From positions 224,001 through 288,000 of the forward strand of contig CAVRBU010000001.1 in assembly GCA_963719315.1 (NCBI GenBank): a stretch of DNA of 64,000 nt, in the 5' to 3' direction. A model generated the notes under the pieces. That model had not been told where the DNA came from, searched no databases, and saw nothing but the letters and a program-made list of their open reading frames with translations. Shown in pieces: positions 60,331-64,000 of the stretch. The translations under genes were made by a program, and so were the position numbers. Numbering within the stretch: the first letter of the stretch is position 1; each line of letters opens with the position of its first letter. Source of the stretch: an uncultured Planctomycetota bacterium. GTDB lineage: Bacteria; Planctomycetota; Planctomycetia; Pirellulales; Lacipirellulaceae.

Positions 60331-60834
60331 TCACGATCCAAGAATCTGTCTTTTCTTGGCTTGAAATTCCGCTTCCGTCACAATGCCCTTGTCTCTTAGG
60401 TTAGCCAACTTTTCAAGTGCGTCGATTGAAGATGCGTCACTATATGTCGGCTGGTCAAATTCGTTTCTGACCCGCAGAAAGCAATCTTCAATCGCGGACC
60501 GGACATTCTTTTTGTGCATGAGATAAAAGGCTATCGGGAACACCCATCCGATGTACGTGAATAACAACAGCACAAGCAGAACCCAGAACCACACAGACGG
60601 TTGATAGTTGACATTGGCGACCATAACCCAGCCATCGGCCAATTGCTTCAAGTACACTACGGTATGATCAGTGCGATTGATTGAACCAAAAGTTGCTTCA
60701 ATTGAGTCGGCTTCAATTCGTTGGTCGGAACGTCGCAGTTTGAGCGACACTTTTCGGAATTGCTGTTCCAAGGCGTCAAGAATCTCGGCCTTTGGCCTAT
60801 TGGTTTTCAGCCGGTCACTTACTTCAAACTTCAT
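60331..60834 (-). CDS. Membrane protein with C-terminal SHOCT domain
   Basis: TM hairpin, then LEKLANLRDKGIVTEAEFQAKKRQIL. Confidence 0.82.
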   Translation of the reverse strand: MKFEVSDRLKTNRPKAEILDALEQQFRKVSLKLRRSDQRIEADSIEATFGSINRTDHTVVYLKQLADGWVMVANVNYQPSVWFWVLLVLLLFTYIGWVFPIAFYLMHKKNVRSAIEDCFLRVRNEFDQPTYSDASSIDALEKLANLRDKGIVTEAEFQAKKRQILGS

Positions 60835-60899
60835 GGGCCGCGTCCCCCGCCAACAAATCGGATTACCAAAGCTGCCTCAAGGTTTCGCTTGCAACTTTA

Positions 60900-61866
60900 G
60901 AACCCCTAACAATACTGTCTACTAGCAGTGCTAGTAATTGATTCGAGTCGTTGTGGAAGATGTAAAACTTGTTTTTGAAATTGCAGTCGTGACACGGCGT
61001 TGATTGTCCCCAGAATTCCTTTGGAGTGAAACCAACTATCTGGAGGACCAACGATGGCTAAAGAATTAGTTCCTGACGAATTGTGGGAGATGTTGTCTCC
61101 TTTACTCCCTGAACACGAACCGAGCCCCAAAGGAGGCCGACCGCGGATCGATGATCGCAAAGTCTTGACCGGAATCATTTTTGTTTTACGAACGGGTATT
61201 CCTTGGGAATATCTTCCCCTGGAAATGGGATGTGGATCTGGAATGACCTGCTGGCGACGGTTACAGGAGTGGCACGAAGCAGGCGTCTGGGAGGCGTTGA
61301 AACAAACATTGTTGGAGAATCTGCACAGCGCCGATCAACTCGATTGGTCGCGAGCGGCAGTCGATAGTGCGACGGTTCGTGCTGTAGGGGGCGGCGAAAA
61401 AACGGGACCGAACCCAACGGATCGGCGAAAACCCGGCAGTAAACATCATGTGGTCACCGATGCGAACGGCGTCCCGCTCAAATTCATTCTCACCGCCGCC
61501 AATCGACACGACGTGACCCAACTGATCCCGTTGATTGACGGAATCGAGCCGGTGGCGGGCAAACCGGGCCGGCCGAAACAGCGTCCGGAAGAGGTGTATG
61601 CGGATCGGGTGTACGACTCCGAAAAGCACCGACAAGCACTCCGCGATCGCGGCATCAAACCCCACTTGGCTAAACGCAATACGGAACATGGCAGCGGCCT
61701 AGGAATTTATCGTTGGGTTTCCGAACGTACGCTCAGTTGGATGAATAATTTCCGGCGGCTGCGAACGCGATTTGATCGGAGGGCCGATATCCATAAAGCC
61801 TTTGTGACTCTGGCTCAATCTCTCATCTGCTTCAACATACTCACCGAAGGGTTTTGTTAGGGGTTC
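60900..61866 (+). mobile_element. IS5-family insertion sequence, 967 bp
   Basis: Perfect 13-bp TIR GAACCCCTAACAA / TTGTTAGGGGTTC; TTA duplicated at 60897-99 and 61867-69. Confidence 0.93.
61054..61860 (+). CDS. IS5-family transposase (single ORF)
   Basis: GGRPR, LRTGIPW, VDSATV, GSKHHVVTDANG, ADRVYD, RWVSERT, RRLRTRFDR. Confidence 0.93.
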   Translation: MAKELVPDELWEMLSPLLPEHEPSPKGGRPRIDDRKVLTGIIFVLRTGIPWEYLPLEMGCGSGMTCWRRLQEWHEAGVWEALKQTLLENLHSADQLDWSRAAVDSATVRAVGGGEKTGPNPTDRRKPGSKHHVVTDANGVPLKFILTAANRHDVTQLIPLIDGIEPVAGKPGRPKQRPEEVYADRVYDSEKHRQALRDRGIKPHLAKRNTEHGSGLGIYRWVSERTLSWMNNFRRLRTRFDRRADIHKAFVTLAQSLICFNILTEGFC

Positions 61867-63232
61867 TTAGTTGTTTTGCTACTGAATCGCAGTAGACACG
61901 AAACCGGCCAGGCCCATCTTTAGCCGCACGCTCATAGAATTTCAGTACGCGAGCATCGGCACCACCCACGGCGATAAGGGCCATAGTGATAAGTTTAACG
62001 TCGCCGTCATCGCCGCGAGCAAGTCCCGTCTCTGCCGTTTCAATTAGCTGAGCAATGGCCCAATTGCATTGGTCTCCCATGATTCCAAGTGTGTTGCAAG
62101 CCGGGGCTAGAGTTTCCCAAACTACGGCATCACTTGACCGTCGGTATTCTTCCAAAAGTTTGCTAATAACTTTTCTTAATCGGCCGGACTTTGGGTCAAT
62201 TTGTGCCAACGAAACCATAAGAATGTACTTTGCGTCGCGGTTCTGTGCTGAATCAATGTCATCCGCGATTGCGGGGATTGCTGCTTTTGCATTGTTGCCG
62301 AATCCTGCAAGTGACACTGCCGCTGCGAGTTTTACTTTTGGGGATACGTCTTTCTTAAACGAATCGAGTAACGCCGGTATCACGTCCGCCGAAAGTGCGG
62401 TGGCACGGCTTAGCCCCAATGCTGCCCGCGATCTATCGAGCGTCGATGGTGCTGTTTTGAGTTGTGCAACTCTCCTATCAAACATCTGTTTTACACGCTT
62501 ATCTTTGGCGGCATACTCGGCAATAAGTCTGGTAACTTCGCGGTATGGTTCGGCTTGCCCGGCCCGTGCTACCAGGTCACTGCGATTGTAGAAAAGTGAC
62601 AACTCGTACCAATTGTTTAGCGGATAGTCCCACTCCCTTGGGCCGGATACTACAGGGTCATTATCAAAGACAATTTCAACATCGACGCCGTTGCCGCTGT
62701 CAATGTGGATCGTCCGACTGGGAAAGTTTACGTGTTCCTGAAGGGACCACAGCAACGGAAGTGCCCAATCGGGATTTGTGCCAACTTCGCTCAACACCCA
62801 AATCGTCTTTGCAATCGACTCAGCGTCCCCGTCTCGCACCAAAGGAGCAATAATCGCTTTTACGCCAGTGCAAGATGTGTCTACTTCTCGAACCGCTTTT
62901 GTGGCGGCTGTCACCTTTACTTTGTCACCAGACGCTAATGCTGCCTTCAAGTCCTCGATGAGTTGCGGAAGCTGTTTCGGTGGTTGCTGAGGGGCACCTA
63001 CCGGTAAATTCTTCTCATGCAGCGTTTTGATAATGAATTCTCGATCCGCTTCGGATAACTTCTGCATATCAACAATCTTAGTCTGCCCGTTGGGCAGTCG
63101 TAGCGTCACCGTGGCTTCGACAAACTCGGCTTCAAGCGAATGTTTTCCGCTGGCATCGGTCCATTCGCGGTTTTGTGTCGGTTCCGCAGTGGCAACCGAC
63201 GCCATACATGCGAGTAGCAGAATTGAGCGCAT
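61841..63232 (-). CDS. Secreted SHD1-domain / HEAT-repeat protein; last codons supplied by IS5
   Basis: Signal peptide; REWTDASGKHSLEAEF...KLSEADREFI; VKLAAAVSLAGFG..AKAAIPAI. Confidence 0.78.
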   Translation of the reverse strand: MRSILLLACMASVATAEPTQNREWTDASGKHSLEAEFVEATVTLRLPNGQTKIVDMQKLSEADREFIIKTLHEKNLPVGAPQQPPKQLPQLIEDLKAALASGDKVKVTAATKAVREVDTSCTGVKAIIAPLVRDGDAESIAKTIWVLSEVGTNPDWALPLLWSLQEHVNFPSRTIHIDSGNGVDVEIVFDNDPVVSGPREWDYPLNNWYELSLFYNRSDLVARAGQAEPYREVTRLIAEYAAKDKRVKQMFDRRVAQLKTAPSTLDRSRAALGLSRATALSADVIPALLDSFKKDVSPKVKLAAAVSLAGFGNNAKAAIPAIADDIDSAQNRDAKYILMVSLAQIDPKSGRLRKVISKLLEEYRRSSDAVVWETLAPACNTLGIMGDQCNWAIAQLIETAETGLARGDDGDVKLITMALIAVGGADARVLKFYERAAKDGPGRFRVYCDSVAKQLRTPNKTLR

Positions 63233-63486
63233 GGTAGACCCCCGACTATGAGTAATAACCGGGTCTAATATAGCAGGCGGTTTTTGGGGTAGGCAGCCAC
63301 CGCAATTGGTAAGAATTCGGCGTGTCTAGGCTCGCCTCACCCCGTCAGAACGATTCTGGGGCCATCCTGTGCCTGCCTTTTTGACAAACTGGCGTTCCAT
63401 CGCAAAAGGGGTCAAACTTTATGACTGCACATGACGAGTCAAGAAGCCAAAAAATAGTTCTGACCGTTCTGACCTCTTTTCCATTT

Positions 63487-63539
63487 TAGTCCTCTCGCAC
63501 TGCGAGAGGAAATTGCCTCTCGCGAAGCACGACGCTTAC
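63487..63539. repeat. Degenerate REP-like doublet
   Basis: TCCTCTCGCA-c-TGCGAGAGGA hairpin followed by CCTCTCGCGAAGC...CTTAC. Confidence 0.5.
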
Positions 63540-63571
63540 ATTAAACTGTTCCACTACCGCAGCCCAACATC

Positions 63572-64000
63572 CTACTTGTCATTGCCCACATCGGCGGCAA
63601 GTTCGTGCACCTTGGCGACGATTTGCTCTTCGACTTTCGGATCCCACGGAGCGGGCAGGCCGTAGGGGAAGCGGGCCAGGCCGCCTTCGTAGCCGCCTTC
63701 GCCGAGTACGCGGCGGGAGGGGATGTAGCCCATTACGTCGTTCGAGTAGCTCGCGACCCAGGTCTTGCCGGGACCGACTTCCGTTTTTAGCCGGAGCGAA
63801 TAATCGACGACGGCTTCGCCGCCGAGGAAAATCCACGTGAGGTCGCTGCCCAGCTTCCAGACTTGGATGGGATAAGGATAGGTGGCGGGCAGCTTGCCGT
63901 CGCGGTCCCATTCGCTTAGCAGGTACCTGGCCCACGGCGCTTGTGGACGCTCGCCTGTGGCGGCAGTGAGCTCCAGTTCGGCCCGCGTCGGCAGTTCGCC
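63572..64000 (-). CDS. C-terminal part of a neutral-ceramidase-like planctomycete hydrolase (5'-partial)
   Basis: Frame from 64000: YPYPIQVWKLG..WIFLGGEAVVDYSLRLK..SYSNDVMGYIPSRRVLGEGGYEG...GNDK*. Confidence 0.7.
   Translation of the reverse strand, partial: GELPTRAELELTAATGERPQAPWARYLLSEWDRDGKLPATYPYPIQVWKLGSDLTWIFLGGEAVVDYSLRLKTEVGPGKTWVASYSNDVMGYIPSRRVLGEGGYEGGLARFPYGLPAPWDPKVEEQIVAKVHELAADVGNDK

Noticed and set aside
61385..61405. Programmed frameshift in the IS5 transposase
   Set aside because: The ORF reads through GGGEKTGPNP in one frame, so no shift is needed
1..64000. tRNA, rRNA or riboswitch genes
   Set aside because: No complete cloverleaf, rRNA-like stretch or recognisable aptamer was found by eye; a covariance search was not possible

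Overview
This 64 kb window looks like planctomycete chromosome (Pirellulales/Lacipirellulaceae-like). The lineage is inferred from PEP-CTERM/dockerin-like proteins, Tat-exported Gfo/Idh/MocA proteins, a PmoA-like DUF and an SHD1 protein. From left to right it holds: a HEXXH peptidase; a CdsA-like/PlsC pair; a divergent Wzy-type polysaccharide locus (GT4, Wzx, deacetylase, CelD/HfsK-like acyltransferase | Wzc-like, Wzy); a sulfatase-like gene and a very large GHL10-like gene; dus/queG; aroA; FdhF/YdeP; a tight Gfo - CE15 esterase - NTP-transferase - GalK-like operon; a GT2 coupled to an apparent nucleotidyltransferase/NDK-like fusion; ndh; two MFS and one APC transporter; an aldolase; tandem cyclophilin-PEP-CTERM genes (the second broken by IS1182 and cut next to a MITE); xylA; and an MTase/GT2/ArnT/waaF envelope cluster. 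An accessory region at about 54.5-63.5 kb carries an inverted pair of 134-bp elements, an MntA-HepT module with a nonsense-mutated toxin, and complete IS21 and IS5 elements whose target duplications let the interrupted genes be rebuilt. About ten apparent frameshifts in otherwise intact genes most likely reflect sequencing error. All family calls come from motif recognition only; no database search was run.
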